DNA from: Podarcis vaucheri
Taxonomy: Eukaryota
Strand: one strand, 5' to 3'
Length of the DNA: 64,000 nucleotides
Assembly: GCA_965113315.1 (NCBI GenBank)
Contig: OZ220371.1
Shown one piece after another: positions 13,444-25,995 of this stretch. Below the pieces are notes generated by a model, which searched no databases, was not told the DNA's origin, and saw nothing but the letters and a program-made list of their open reading frames with translations. The position numbers and the translations under genes were made by a program. The number at the start of each line of letters is the position of its first letter. The stretch's first letter is position 1.

Positions 13444-13988
13444 AATGTAATGTAATGTAATGTAATGTAATGTAATGTAATGTAATGTAATGTAATTGTA
13501 ATTGTAATGGGTATGAGTTACTCGTGCGTAAACTGGTGCCTTTCTCGGTTAATTTGCCTTGTTAAACCTTTCTGACTGCGCAGCCCCTTCTCATCGTGGC
13601 TGTCTCAGTCACTGGCAGAATCCGTCAGTGGGCGTTTCTTGAACCTCTTCCAACATAAAAGTTGTTTGACACCCAGTCTCCTCCTCCTCTCACTGCGCGG
13701 GAGTCTTCTGCGCAGGGAAGGCATGGGTAGCGGAGGACCTGGGCTCTCCTCACTGACGTCCAGTGAAGAGTCCTGGAGCCCTCCCTCCGATTCCCCCGTC
13801 TGCCCCCCTTTATCCCTGGTGTTGCGCTGATTGGCTTCCCCCTCTACTGAGCTGTTTCTCCCCCTGCTGCTGGGTCCTTCGCCAGCATAATCTGGGAGCC
13901 TCCCCTTCGCCTCTCGCTCCGATGTCAGTTCCCTGACAGTAATGTAATGTAATGTAATGTAATGTAATGTAATGTAATGTAATGTAAT
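13444..13988. repeat. (AATGT)n pentanucleotide microsatellite split by a solo LTR
   Basis: Perfect arrays at ~13444-13502 and 13939-13988. Confidence 0.9.
13503..13938 (-). mobile_element. Solo LTR (probably Gypsy)
   Basis: Minus strand TGTCAGGG...CCCATTACA termini; 5-bp TSD GTAAT both sides (coincides with the microsatellite unit). Confidence 0.65.
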
Positions 13989-14049
13989 ATCTGTAAATGA
14001 ATTTATGCTCTCTGGCTGGGTATTTTGCAAATTGGCAGTGGAATCATAT

Positions 14050-14240
14050 TTCCTCTCAGTTGCCTCTTTCCCAGGTTAAGCATACCCAGCTTCTTCAACC
14101 ATTCCTCATAAGGCTCGGTTTCCAGGCACTTTATCATCTGCACACATTCCAGCTTGTCAACATCCTTCTTAAACAGTGGCACCCAGAACTGGACACAGGA
14201 TTCCAGGTGTGGTCTGACCAAGGCAAAATTGAATGGTACT
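14050..14240 (-). mobile_element. CR1 LINE ORF2 fragment
   Basis: Translates as VRPHLESCVQFWVPLFKKDVDKLECVQ...PYEEWLKKLGM, typical of the CR1 ORF2 C-terminal region. Confidence 0.8.
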
Positions 14241-15810
14241 TACTTCCCTTCAGAGGCACCAACTTAAGGGAAATGGGGCGGGGGTACTAGACAAGGTCAG
14301 TGATATGGGATGGGGGGCAGGAGAAAGAAGGGAATGCACAAAAGAAACTTGAAAGTAAATGGTGAAGCTCTGAGCAATGTCCCTTCTCCCCCTCTCCCTC
14401 CACCCCTGGCTCTTACAGCGTGTCTTATGTGGTTGAAATAGTGATTCTGTGAGGGATTTAATTGAGAGGACTGGGACTGTCAATGGGAGCTTCACTTGCT
14501 GTTAGAAGTGCATGTGGCAGACAGACTGTGCAACACACACACACACTTTGCAGAAGGAGCCAGGGAATGCAAATCTCAGTTTCTTCTTGTTTTGAAGTTG
14601 AGGATTTCCTCTGCTCACTCCCCCCCCCCCCCCGGCCTTCCAGCTCCAACCACAAGGACCATAAGAAATGAAGTCAGAGGTGTTTGCCCAATCCCATCTC
14701 CCTTGCCATCCAGGAACCCTTCTACAAGTTCCTTTACAGGGCTCGTTGGAAAATGAAGTCCAAACAAGGAAAAGGAAGACAATTATGCCCATCAGCTTGG
14801 GGGAGGGGGCCCAAATATTTTATGTGGGGCAAAGGGATCTGGGCCCCTAGGAGTTGGCGCCTATGCGTTCCTTGATATGGATACTAGACTGCTTTGGGTG
14901 CAGCCTGGAATAGCATTAGCTATTATTCCTAATGCTGTTACTGCAGTCAGACTTCCATCCCCGTCCAAATGGTGGATGGGAATTGCTCTTATTTTCCAGA
15001 ACACAGAAAATAGTACGTTTTTAGAGACAGCTACATCTGCCCCAAGCACTGGGGATTTAGGCACATACACACTGCTAGTTTCAATCATATTATAGACTGA
15101 AAGATGGCAGAGGAGGAAAAAACATTGTTCCAACTAACCAAGCAAACAACAGCATTTTGGAGTTAACAGCTCTTCCACCAGGTAGCTAATATATTATATA
15201 GAACTGCAAGATAGCTCTATAAAAGAGCAGAGTCCTCTCTTGAAAAATGATACACCAATAAATAAGATTAGTTGAGAAACCAGGATGTAAAGAAACGTAT
15301 TATGTATAAAACTTTTAGAAGGTTGGAAGTCGTCCAGGAGATAAAGCTCACTAGGTAGGGAAGAAAGAAAAGGGAATTTGGAATCCAGCCACACTCTGAT
15401 GAGTCCAAGAGGCTTTTTGGAGTTTTACTGCTGTCCTTGAAAGTAAGTTTTCACCTTGGCTGTGAAGTTATCCAGCTCTGTGAAAGTGCTCATCTGGCTA
15501 TTTCTGTTGAATAGTGAGTAGACATAGCAGACGACGCAGCAATTTCTCCAAAGCAGCTCTTTATTTGTAAGCTGGAACAGAACTGAACAGCAAACAGCTC
15601 AGCCGGCCTGCTTTTACAGACAGCCAGCTGTCAACATTGTAGCAACAACAACCCAGGGTTTCCCGCCTAACGTAACTGACGTGGACCTGAGTGAAAACTA
15701 TCTACACGATACTCCTGGTGGCCAGGGTGAGAACTGCAATACATAACACCCCTCCCCACCGAGATAAGGCATTAGTTACAATCATAGTGGTTCCATTACA
15801 AACAGCATTA

Positions 15811-16124
15811 CAGTGGTGCCTCGCAAGACGAAAATAATCCGTTCTGTGATTCTCTTCGTCTAGCGGTTTTTTTGTCTTGCGAAGCAAGCCCATTGACGGA
15901 TTAGAGAATTAGCGCTATTAGCGGCTTTTAGCGGCTTATCAGCTTATCGGATCAGCTGAAAAGGGGGGGGGAGGGGAAAAAACCCGCAGGAACTCGCAAG
16001 ATATTTTCGTCTTGCGAAGCAAGCCCATAGGAGATTCGTTTTGCGAAGCACCTCCAAAACGGAAAACTCTTTCGTCTAGCGAGTTTTCCGTCTTGTGAGG
16101 CATTCGTCTTGCGGGGCACCACTG
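15811..16124. mobile_element. Tc1/mariner (Tigger/pogo-like) MITE inserted in the LTR element
   Basis: TIR CAGTGGTGCC(T/C)CGCAAGACGAA; TA TSD at 15809-10 and 16125-26. Confidence 0.9.
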
Positions 16125-16199
16125 TACGCTTATTGGTTTCAGTAAGGCACATAAGCATATTAATTGACCCTATTCACCATACAGCTTTACATGTGCAGT

Positions 16200-17092
16200 T
16201 TGTCCAGTGAACATAGTCTCTTAAGTACGCTGGGCACTTGGAAATCCTGCTGGATCGCCGAGGGCCAAGTACCAGAGTCCGGGTGACCTTCCGATTCTGG
16301 CTGCGACCAAATGTGGCATTGAGCCCGAGTTCCCTGGCTCCACTGCTGTCGAAGGAACCACTGCGAGCGGACTCGGCAGATGGTCAGGCATGGCGGTGGT
16401 CTGAGTCTCTGGACAGCCAGGCAGACCCACTGAAATGGCTTGGCTCAGCTCCATGCCTTCAGTTTGTGAGGAAGATGTAGGTGGAGCCTCGCCTTCCATT
16501 AATGACTGCTCCGGAGCTGGGGCCACAGTTGGGGGCACAGCGGTAGTGTGACGCGGGCTGCTGGCCTTGCGGATCTCCTGGGCAGAGCGTTCGGCAGCTT
16601 CCGAGGCCACGGCCTCCTCAATGGCTTTCTGCAGCGTGAGGTCTGGCTTGGCGAGGAGACGCCGTTGCAGACGGATGTCCCGGACCCTGCAGACGATTCG
16701 ATCCATCAGGGCATCATCTAAGTCTCGGAACTTGCAGTGCATTGCAGCCTGTCGGAGGGCGGCGGTGTAGTTCTTAATTGACTCCCCCTCTGCCTGGTTC
16801 CGGTGGTAGAACGCATGGCGGGCAGCAATCTTGGACGGCTTGGCGCGTAGTGGTTGCAGAGCTTCTCTTGAATCATGTCCCATGGTGTTGCCTGAACTGC
16901 TTCAGGCGCAACCAATGCTCGGGCCGTCTCGAACACCTCAGGCCCACAGAGGCTGAGGAATAGGCCCCGCTTATGCTCCTGTGATACTTCCATCAGCTTG
17001 TTGGCTTGGAGGTAGCAGTCGAACCGAGCGAGGTAGGAGTCCCATGATTCAGAGGCTGGGGCAAACGGCGGTAGAGGCACGAGTGAAGCCAT
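16200..17092 (-). pseudogene. Frameshifted Mag-type gag fused to the extreme C-terminal tail of pol
   Basis: MASLVPLPPF...WDSYLARF...NHYAP / KPSKIAARHAFYHRNQAEGES...LTLQKA; the end reads RRSSRISKCPAYLRDYV in another frame; no PR/RT/RH/IN motifs. Confidence 0.82.
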
Positions 17093-18430
17093 GGTTTTGA
17101 TGCCGGCGTGAAGGGCGATGGATGGAACACAGTGCTCTAGCCAGAACAGTCAGCTCTGAATCGGTTCTGCTCCGTGATTTTGCTCAGTGTTTCAGTTCTA
17201 TGATTCAGCTCAGCTCAGAGGGTGGCTGTGTTTGGCTGTGCTCTGATGTCCATTGATCCCACCTTCGTCGCCAGTGTTGAATAGTGAGTAGACATAGCAG
17301 ATGACGCAGCGATTTCTCCAAAGCAGCTCTTTATTTGTAAGCTGGAACAGAACTGAACAGCAAACAGCTCAGCCGGCCTGCTTTTATAGGCAGCCGGCTG
17401 TCAACATTGTAGCAACAACAACTCAGGGTTTCCCGCCTAACGTGACGTGGACCTGAGTGAAAACTATCTACACGATACTCCTGGTGGCCAGGGTGAGAAC
17501 TGCAATACATAACACCTTCAGAGAGCACAAAAGATCTGGGTGCAATTCTCCAGGAAGCAAGTAAATGAGGCTTGGCGAAGAGTCAGCGGGAGGCACAGTG
17601 AACATCTTCTGTCGTTTGGGCCCAATCTTGCTTTTTCTTTCCTTTGCATGCACGGCAGTGGAGAAGCGAAACCTTTGCTCCTCCCCATCTACTCATCCAC
17701 AAGATGGTTAGTCCACCGTTTTTATAGAGAACTGGATGACACCCAAAACACCATATGATGCTGTATCCCCAGAGATCCAAATGGGAAGCATGAGCCATGG
17801 AAGAAAATAACCATAAAGATCTTCCAGAGATTTGATATGAGGACCAGCTTATGCAAGGTCCTGGAAGCAAGGGAGGGGTGGGTGCACTGAGGGGCTGTTG
17901 ACATGAGGTAAAAGCAACATGGAGTGGGAACAAAGCAAGGCATTGTTGGCACTGGGGCTGGGTACCAGCTGGCCTGGAAAGTGTTGTAAAAGCCACGTCT
18001 TGCCATGTCACTTGCTTCAGTATCTATCACTGTACAAGGTCTGGCTGAGGAAACTGAAGCTTAGGGGTGGTCAGGACTGGCCCAAGACATTTTCCCATGG
18101 ACAGAATGGCACCCCTTGTTCCATGTACAGAAGGTAAGTAGACTGGGAATTTCATCTACAACACTAATGACAGAACAGACTTCCACCCTCCCTGAGTGGA
18201 GCATACTAGCTTAGGGGTAGAGAGCAGGTTGTGTGGCAAACGTAGCTCTGTTCTTTAACACCTTGCCGTTTCTTCCTGTCGCCTAAGGCAGCAACCTCGT
18301 TCCTCCACCACATGGCAGCACCGGCCCTGTCAGTGGCACATAAGGTAAATCAGAAATAAGCCAGGACGGAAGCACCAAAACGAGAAAGAATACAAAAAGG
18401 AGAAACTTGTTCCTCATAGTGCCAACTACG

Positions 18431-18816
18431 TGTCATGGGCCAGTAGTCAGCTTCACCTGTTGAGCAGCAGCCTGAAGGAGCAGAAGGCGAAGTGATTCCA
18501 TCTGCTGCTGATCAGTCTTCTTGCCCCTGATGAGAACTGGCTGGCTCCAGCTTTCTTAAACAGGGCTTCCAGCTGGGAACATTTGTCGTTTCTGATCAGA
18601 CCTTGCTGCTTCTTGCTTCTTGTGACCTTGGACCCTCAGCTTTCTTGACCCCCGGATCATCTGACTACGTGAACTGAGATACTCCTGACCTTAGGACTGG
18701 ACTGGGCCTTGTATATGGACTCTGCCTCCAGGCAAGTACCCCCCTGAGACTTGGCTGGTTGGCTGGCTTCTCCCTCCGTTGAGCTCTGCTGTGACTGGCA
18801 GCACAGGACCATAACA
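18431..18816 (+). mobile_element. Probable solo LTR
   Basis: TGTCATGG...CCATAACA inverted termini; no clean TSD. Confidence 0.45.
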
Positions 18817-18872
18817 ACTGGTCACAGCTCAAAATATTTAGGAACGCAGGTTCATTCAAGAACAGTCATGAT

Positions 18873-19176
18873 TATTGAAATATACTCAAGAGTCAAGTGT
18901 GGATTTCACGCTCTTTATTTCAGCTCATGGCAAACAGGAAGTCAGTCTTCCCAAAAACCTCTGGCTATATAGACATTATTTACACATTGGATCCCACGTG
19001 ATTGGCTGATTCAACTCCCCTCCTGAAGCCTGATTGGGCTGCTGCTACAGGCCAATCAGGCTGCTGATTCACTTCCTCCTGGAGCCTGATTGGGCGGCTC
19101 CTGCAGACCAATCAGGATGCTGCCTTCTAGGATCCTACTTGCCTATTGATCTAGGATCCAAGCTCAGTACATAACA
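18873..19176 (-). mobile_element. Solo LTR with repeated CCAAT/ATTGG boxes
   Basis: Ends CAGTACATAACA like the other LTRs; TSD ATGAT/ATTAT; TTTATT and TATATA motifs positioned as minus-strand polyA and TATA signals. Confidence 0.7.
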
Positions 19177-19649
19177 ATTATATACTACTTTGGGGCACAT
19201 TTAGAGTTCCAAAGAATCATCTTCGGCCCCATAAAATACACATCTTGCAGCAGGCAGGGACTGCCAGTGCTCACAACCACCTCCCCAAACCAGACAAAAC
19301 ACCTACACACATTCCAAAACAAATAAAACATGAGCAAAAAAGGCCACAGCCCACCCCACCAATGCAGACCTTCCCACCAATCACTCAGTCCCCACTTGCC
19401 ATTCAGCAGAAAGTAGATGCAGCACATACTCTGAGGTCAAGATAGCATGCTGCCATCTTGAAATCTGGGCACAGCAATCCTGGTCTGCTTAAGGCGTTTT
19501 ATGGGGCTTTTCTAGAAGGGAAGTTCCTAGCTCTCAGAGATGATAAAAGTATTTTTTTAATTGCAAGTTCAGTGTCACACATTTAAAAGAAACACTGTGT
19601 GCCATGAATTTATGAAACTGAGGAAAGTGTAAACAGGTAGATGATTTTT

Positions 19650-20070
19650 TTTTCGGTATGTGATGGGACTTGCAAGAAAGAGAGGGTATTTTGGGAAATG
19701 ATACATGACAAGATAAAAAACATGTTTAGCATGTGTATATCAAAAAGCCCAAAACGTTTCTGTTAGGGATTACAGGGGCAGAAATCTCCCCAAGCAAGAG
19801 CATCTAGGATTTTATATGCGCAGAAATGGAAGGAAGAAGTTCCAACCCAAGAAGATTGGATCAGTAAGATAATTATCAGTAAGATAATGGACTATGGCAA
19901 AATTAACAGCAAAAATTAAGAGAATCGAATGACAAGTGCTTTAGGGAAGAATGGATGCCTTTTTGGGGCTATTTAAAGAAATATTATAGTATGATGAACT
20001 TGCTAGTAGGATTTTATCTATGAGCAACAGAAATGATTCGATTATAATATTGTGGTTATGATTTGATAGA
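19650..20070 (+). mobile_element. Degenerate L1 ORF2 3' fragment
   Basis: Broken frames resembling YWEMIHDKIK..FLLG..KWKEEVPTQEDWISKI. Confidence 0.5.
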
Positions 20071-20889
20071 GATTTGATAGTACAATAGGAGGATGGGCTG
20101 TTTGAACTACCTTGTGGTGGTTATGCTTTCTCATATTATGCCTTGGGGTCCCAGTGAGATTGGGTGGTCTTATCTAGGTCAATAGCACAGATATATTGAC
20201 CATCCTTTTGACTACCTGCCACTAAGTCTACCTCTCTGGACCCCCTTTTAGTCCACGGGCTCCTGCTCATGGCCACAATAGGACATCTCATGAAGAATGC
20301 TATATGCATCCATTAGCATGTCTGCAAGGTTCCTTACACTCTTGCCCACTCTGCTTGTGGAGAAGGTCTAAAAATTAAAAGGTAACACTTCCTAGCTGGT
20401 TGCTGCAACCAGGAACTGTGTTGGGACACTGTATATAGCTTGAGAGGACTGCAATAACATAAGACATTATTCCATGCATGCCTGTCCTTGAGCCATAAAT
20501 GCAGACTCATTAAATTCTGACAATAGTTCCCAGGAGCTGTACTACATGACAACCCTGCTCCTTGCAATTCCTGATGCCGTAACTGCAGAGATATTGCAGG
20601 GTTTATGGCAATCTCAGGTCAACAGTATACTTCAGCACACTTCGTTATTACCGTTGTGCAATTCAAACTTCTTCTTGAGCTTTAAGGTGAAATAAAGTAT
20701 ATATGCTATCCCTGTTTGCTGTTTGGGTTTTCTTTTTACAAAATGAAGTCATTGCAGGTTGAGGCTATTGATGGTTAGGTCTTAAAAGAAAAAAATCTTC
20801 CAGGAAAGGTATTGCTGTTGTCATTTTATTATATTTATTACTGACTTGTTATCAAAGTCCCCAAGCAATTTGTGTTTAAAACATAAACA

Positions 20890-21313
20890 CATACCCTCCA
20901 ACTTTTCTCTGATGAAAATAGGGAGGTCCTATTCCATAATATTAATAATAATTTGAATGAATGACTTTATTATTTCAGTCACAGACAAGTTCCAGTTCGC
21001 ATACAATCATAAAACATTATAGGGAAGTCATAAAACACGATAGGGATTGCCCCAGCTTCTCTGGGAGGCTTCCAACATACAGCAAAACATATACTTCTCT
21101 ATAGAGGACTGTCTTCAGATGTCTTCTAGACATTGTATAGTCATTTATCTCCTTGGTTCAGGAGTCGCATAACTTCATACCCTCCAACATTTCTCCAATG
21201 AAAATAGGGACGTCCTAATAAAAAGCGGGACATTCTGGGATCAAATCAGAAACCAGGACAGCTTCTGTAAATCCAGGACTGTCCCTAAAAAATAGGGACA
21301 CTTGGAGTGTCTG
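20890..21313 (-). mobile_element. Second copy of the composite element at 12096-12438
   Basis: Reverse-complement similarity, CATACCCTCCAAC duplicated, TAAACA on both flanks. Confidence 0.6.
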
Positions 21314-21409
21314 TAAACATAAATACATCATACCACTAAAAATTCATATAAAAATCTAACATTCTTATACAAAGGCCTGCAGTTCATATAATCACGTATA
21401 TACAAAATC

Positions 21410-21620
21410 AACTCCCCTCATCCCACCCAACAGCAACCATAGGAAACTTTGGCAGCACACTAACAGCAGAAGAAAATCTGCTCAGTCCATAAAAGCCAGG
21501 TTTGTGGGAACAGGGAGAGAGATACGTGTTTACTTGGCACCAAAAAGATGTCAGAGAAAGCACCAGGCAGACCTCACCAGGGAGATCATTGCACAAATGG
21601 GGAGCCATATCTGTATCTAA
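21410..21620 (-). mobile_element. L2 LINE 3' fragment
   Basis: APHLCNDLPGEVCLVLSLTSF..VNTYL matches the L2 ORF2 end motif APxLWNxLPxExR..SLxxF...KTxL. Confidence 0.55.
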
Positions 21621-21860
21621 AAGTATCACACTCTTGGGAAATGTGTTTATTTATCTGACAAAAGTTTAGACCGTTTAATTCAGAAAAACAAAAAGCAAAT
21701 CCGATCACACAAATGTTTCATAAGAATGGAATATATGGGCATTCAGGTACAGGTAAAAGGAAACAAAGTGGAAAAACACGGAGCTGCCGGCTGGCTGCAA
21801 TCCTAATCCCACTTCCTTGGGAGGGAAACCCATGGAATTCTATAAGACTTGCTTCTGAAT

Positions 21861-22035
21861 GGTAAAGGAGAAAGGTAAAGGACCTGTGGGCGGTTGAGTC
21901 CAGTCAAAGGTGACCATGGGGTGTGGCGCTCATCTTGCTTCAGGCCAAGGGAGCCAGCATTTGTCCACAGACAGCTTTCCAGGTCATGTGGCCAGAATGA
22001 CTAAACCACTTCTGATGCAACGGGACACCGTGACA
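21861..22035 (-). mobile_element. 5'-truncated older Sauria SINE
   Basis: GGTAAAGG tail and GGTCATGTGGCCAG..ATGACTAA core shared with the other copies. Confidence 0.75.
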
Positions 22036-22072
22036 TGCCTAGACACATGTGCTGTGCCGCCACCATTCAATC

Positions 22073-22316
22073 TGTTAAGTTGTGGGCGAACATAGCAGAC
22101 GACACAGCGATTTCTCCAGAGCAGCTCTTTATTTGTAAGCTGGACAGAACTGAACAGCAAACAGCTCAGCCGGCCTGCTTTTATAGGCAGCCGGCTGTCA
22201 ACATTGTAGCAACAACAACCCAGGGTTTCCCACCTAAAATAACTGACGTGGACCTGAGTGAAAACTATCTACAGTATCCCCCTGCTGGCCCAGGGTGAGA
22301 ACTTCAGTACATAACA
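22073..22316 (-). mobile_element. Solo LTR of the same family as 15505-17514
   Basis: High similarity to those LTRs; perfect 5-bp TSD CAATC at 22068-22072 and 22317-22321. Confidence 0.92.
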
Positions 22317-23358
22317 CAATCAGCTCTCCCAGAGATCAATGGACATAGGTAAATGTTTGGCTGGGAATCTCAACCTCTTCTAGGTCCAAAATAAGCTAGC
22401 CTGGGTCACTTCTTGAACTAAATCTGGAGGCCTAGATTGTTATTCTGAAGAACATCAAAACAAAGAAAGTTATTTTATTTGGGGGTAGAAGTGGATGAGG
22501 TTTGCAGGCAAGGCAGGGGAAGACATGAATCCTGCCCAATCTCATATGGATGGCTGCTGTGGAAGAGCTATTCCAGTTTTGAGATGGGAAAAAAAGAAAT
22601 CAGCATCTCCTACTGTTGAAGAGATTTGCCCCAGGTAAGAAGCCTGCCAAACAGATAGGTTGGGGGATAGCTTTAATGTGGATTTTCTGGGAGACGAGCT
22701 AAATGGCTCATAACATCGACATTTAGGATTATGCTTTAGCAGAACATCTTCTCCAGATTTGATTGCCACATGGTGATGGGTACTTCATCCCCAAAGACCT
22801 TTATCTTACTTTTATGGCTTTTCACTTTTTGTTTGTTTGTTTGTTTGTTTGTGTTTTTTAAAGAAACAGCTGTTGTCCACAATACTATTTCCTCTCAATG
22901 TGCAGCTGCACTGTTAGCCATTTTTCTCTATTTTAACCTCCTCAAATAAACCCAGCCAGTCAGGGTTCACACGCTGGGTGCGGTGACACTATGAAGCCAG
23001 TTCAGGGTATCTATATGCTGGTGTCACTAAGGGGAAATAAAACCTAAAGAGACAATGACTTCCTGAATGCATTGCATGAGCAATTCTAGCCAAGTAGGGT
23101 TGATCACTTGAACAATAAAACACAGAAGGGTCATGCCCCAGGATGGCCTTCATTCATTCATTTGCACTTGCATGCTGTGTGGGAAGCTTAGATTAAATAT
23201 AACTAAGTTTTATTTTAGCGGACTTTGCTGCTCTGGACTTTGGTCCTCAATAGCAGAATTAATTCCCTGCACTTGAATGTGTACATATGACGAGTTTCTT
23301 TAAAACCAGCAGGCAATTGGAATAGTAACCTCCAATACAACAGATGCATCCATGTCAC

Positions 23359-23527
23359 AGAATCATAGAATTGTAGAGCTGGAAGAGACTCCAAATGTCA
23401 TCTAGTTCAAGCCTCTGCAATGCGGGAATCTCAGTCAGAGCATCCATGACAGGTGGCCATCCAGCCTCTGCTTAAAAACCTCCAAGGAAGGAGAGTCCAC
23501 CACCTTCTGAGGGAGTCCTTTCCACAA
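23359..23527 (-). mobile_element. CR1 3' end fragment
   Basis: AGAATCATAGAAT tail motif plus GTCATCTAGT..CCTCTGCTTAAAAACCTCCAAGGAAGG. Confidence 0.75.
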
Positions 23528-24266
23528 CCTATTTTTAAAGCAAGCATCTAAATATTACAGATGAGTTCTAGCCTGAGATCTCAAGTTGTTTGCCATGGAG
23601 GCATAGCCCATGCAGTACTGTATGCAGTTCAAAAGGCGCAGTCAGGTGGTGGGCATTGCTGGTTGGCCTCAAAGACTCCAAGGCACCATCAAGGAGCAGA
23701 GTTTTTCAAAGGTAAGACATTGCCACCTGCTGGCACAATGCTTTAACAGCATGTGTAAACAAGCACAGATTTACATAAGCAAATATAGAACAATGGCTTT
23801 ATTTGTCTTGCCTAACCCACCTAAACTAAGAGCGCCATTCAGTGATTTGGGGGAGGGGGGGAAGAAATCACTCTCTTTTATACAAAGCAGCTGATGTGAG
23901 CAACATGCAGCAGCTGACAGGGGTTCTTGACACTTTGGGTGGCAAGCTGAAGCCAATTGTCACCTCACATGTGGCATTCTGCAGGCAAACACTGAATGCA
24001 TGGTCCATATCGCAGACAGCATGTAAAGAGGGTGCATAAAGCAGCATAAGAAAGGAATATCTGGATCCTGTGGTCATCTGAACTGTGCACCCGTTCTCAT
24101 GTACACACAATGCACTGTCATGCTATGACATTTGACTATCCTAAATTTGGGGAATATTGACATTCAGTGGGGAATACTGAGAAGCTGAGATAAATTATGT
24201 GACTGTCCAAAAAGGTACATTGGGGAATATTGAAAACACCCACCAAACATTGCCCAGTGAATCAAA

Positions 24267-24466
24267 GAATCATAGAATTGTAGAGTCGGAAGGGACCCCA
24301 AGGGTCATCTAGTCCAACCCCCTGCAATGGGGAAATCTCAACTAAAGCATCCATGATAGATACCTTCCAACCTCTGCTTAAAAACCTCCAAGGAAGCAGA
24401 GTTGACAACCTCCCTAGGGAGACTGTTCCATAATCGAACAGCTCTTACTGTCAGAAAGTTCTTCCA
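24267..24466 (-). mobile_element. CR1 3' end fragment
   Basis: Same AGAATCATAGAATTGTAGAG tail; similar to 23359-23527. Confidence 0.75.
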
Positions 24467-25995
24467 GTGTTGAAGATTTTCACGGTTAACACTCATCTCC
24501 CCACCCCACCCCACCCCACTTTTCAGGCATTTGGGTAGCGGTCCACATTCACTGATACGTTTCTGAGTTTCAGAACATTAATAGAATTGGTGTGGGGTTC
24601 ACCCAATTTTCTACACTAAGTGACGCATGCACACCTCTAATTGCAAACAATTTTAAGTGGAGCCTATTTTTGAATTGAAAGTAGGGTAAAGAACGAATTC
24701 AACATGTGAATGGCAGCCCAGACCCCATTTATGTAGTGCTGGGCCAAACATTCGCCTGTGAGAACTTGTGGCTCAAGATTCAGAGGGGGGGGGCAGAGTT
24801 CAGGCTGAGTGAGATTTGCTTTTGGTCCACTCCCAATTAAGAGTTCTACTCCCACTGCAACTGATAACTAATCCCAAAGCTTGGGCTAAATTTCATCTGT
24901 CCCCTAGAATCACTGAGATGAGATGGTGGAAGAAGATGCAGACAATTCCAGATGAGACTTTTAACATAATCGCCTGTAATCAAGGAGGAAGCGATGTGCC
25001 GTTGAAGAGCTATAAAAACACAAGAAATCTGCTGACTTTCCTTGGTCTGGGTAAATTGTCAGTGAGGGCACTTGTCTCTGGGCTTTTAGCCAGCTGGCCT
25101 GCTGCCTCCCACGGTATTTGTTCATGTTTGGATCTGAGCACCTGGTACTTTAAAAGCTGCTCATATGAGGAGCAAATCAGATGTAATGTACGAGATCCAT
25201 GGCTGGGTGTTCTGACTCATATGCTGGCAACTCCTCACTTATGCAGGGATTACATTCTGGACCCCTGCGCACATAAAGTGAGGAAGAGCCATCTAAACAC
25301 CCTTTAAAACTCTCTGCCACTTTCTCTTCTATAGATGCAAAAAATACTGCATCCAAAAATATCCGCAACTAGAATTGCAGCTCTGGGGCTGGCAAGAGAC
25401 TGGAGGGTGCATTGGATAAGCACTACCCTCCACATGAACTGCTAGGTGGGGAGACTGAGCAGCATTTTGAAAAGCCTCTGGTCTCTTTGGGGCTTTCTCC
25501 GCCCTGATGTCCTCTTCGGGCTTCAGGAAGGGTCTCCTTGTGAGTCAGGCTCTCCTGCCATTTCCACGTTTGAATTGAATTACTTAATTATTTCTCGATG
25601 CAACACGTAGAGGCAGTTGTGTGCCAGTAAGTGAGGGAATGCCAAGAGAGAAAGCACACAAAATCTCATGAGAGCCCCGCAAGATCTTGCCGTGACTCAG
25701 AGGTTGCCACTGCAGCCACGTCTTCTCCTGTGGCAGGGGGCTGGGCTGCAGCCACAGCAGCTCTGGGGAAGCTCTGCAGAAGCTGCAGCCATTTCTCCTC
25801 ACTTCTGCAGGGACAGGTGGGGTGCCATCCCTTGGGATTCTGCCGCCCAAGGAGGCTGCCTGTGTCCACCTCACGAACAGGCTGGCCCTTCTATTATCCC
25901 CCAAAGGAGGAAAACGCAAGTTCAGTATGAGTAGGGCTGTACTAAACATAGTGGAACCAGTGCTTTTTTCCTGAGAGAACGCAGGGGTACGCATA

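Larger units (their letters stand above)
15505..17514 (-). mobile_element. Internally deleted Ty3/Gypsy (Mag-like) LTR retrotransposon: two LTRs, PBS, gag, pol tail only
   Basis: LTRs 17275-17514 and 15505-15748 (TG..CA, 6 transitions plus a 4-bp indel); PBS 17256-17273 complementary to a tRNA-Ser(GCT)-type 3' end (ATCCCACCTTCGTCGCCA); PPT 15749-15760. Confidence 0.92.
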
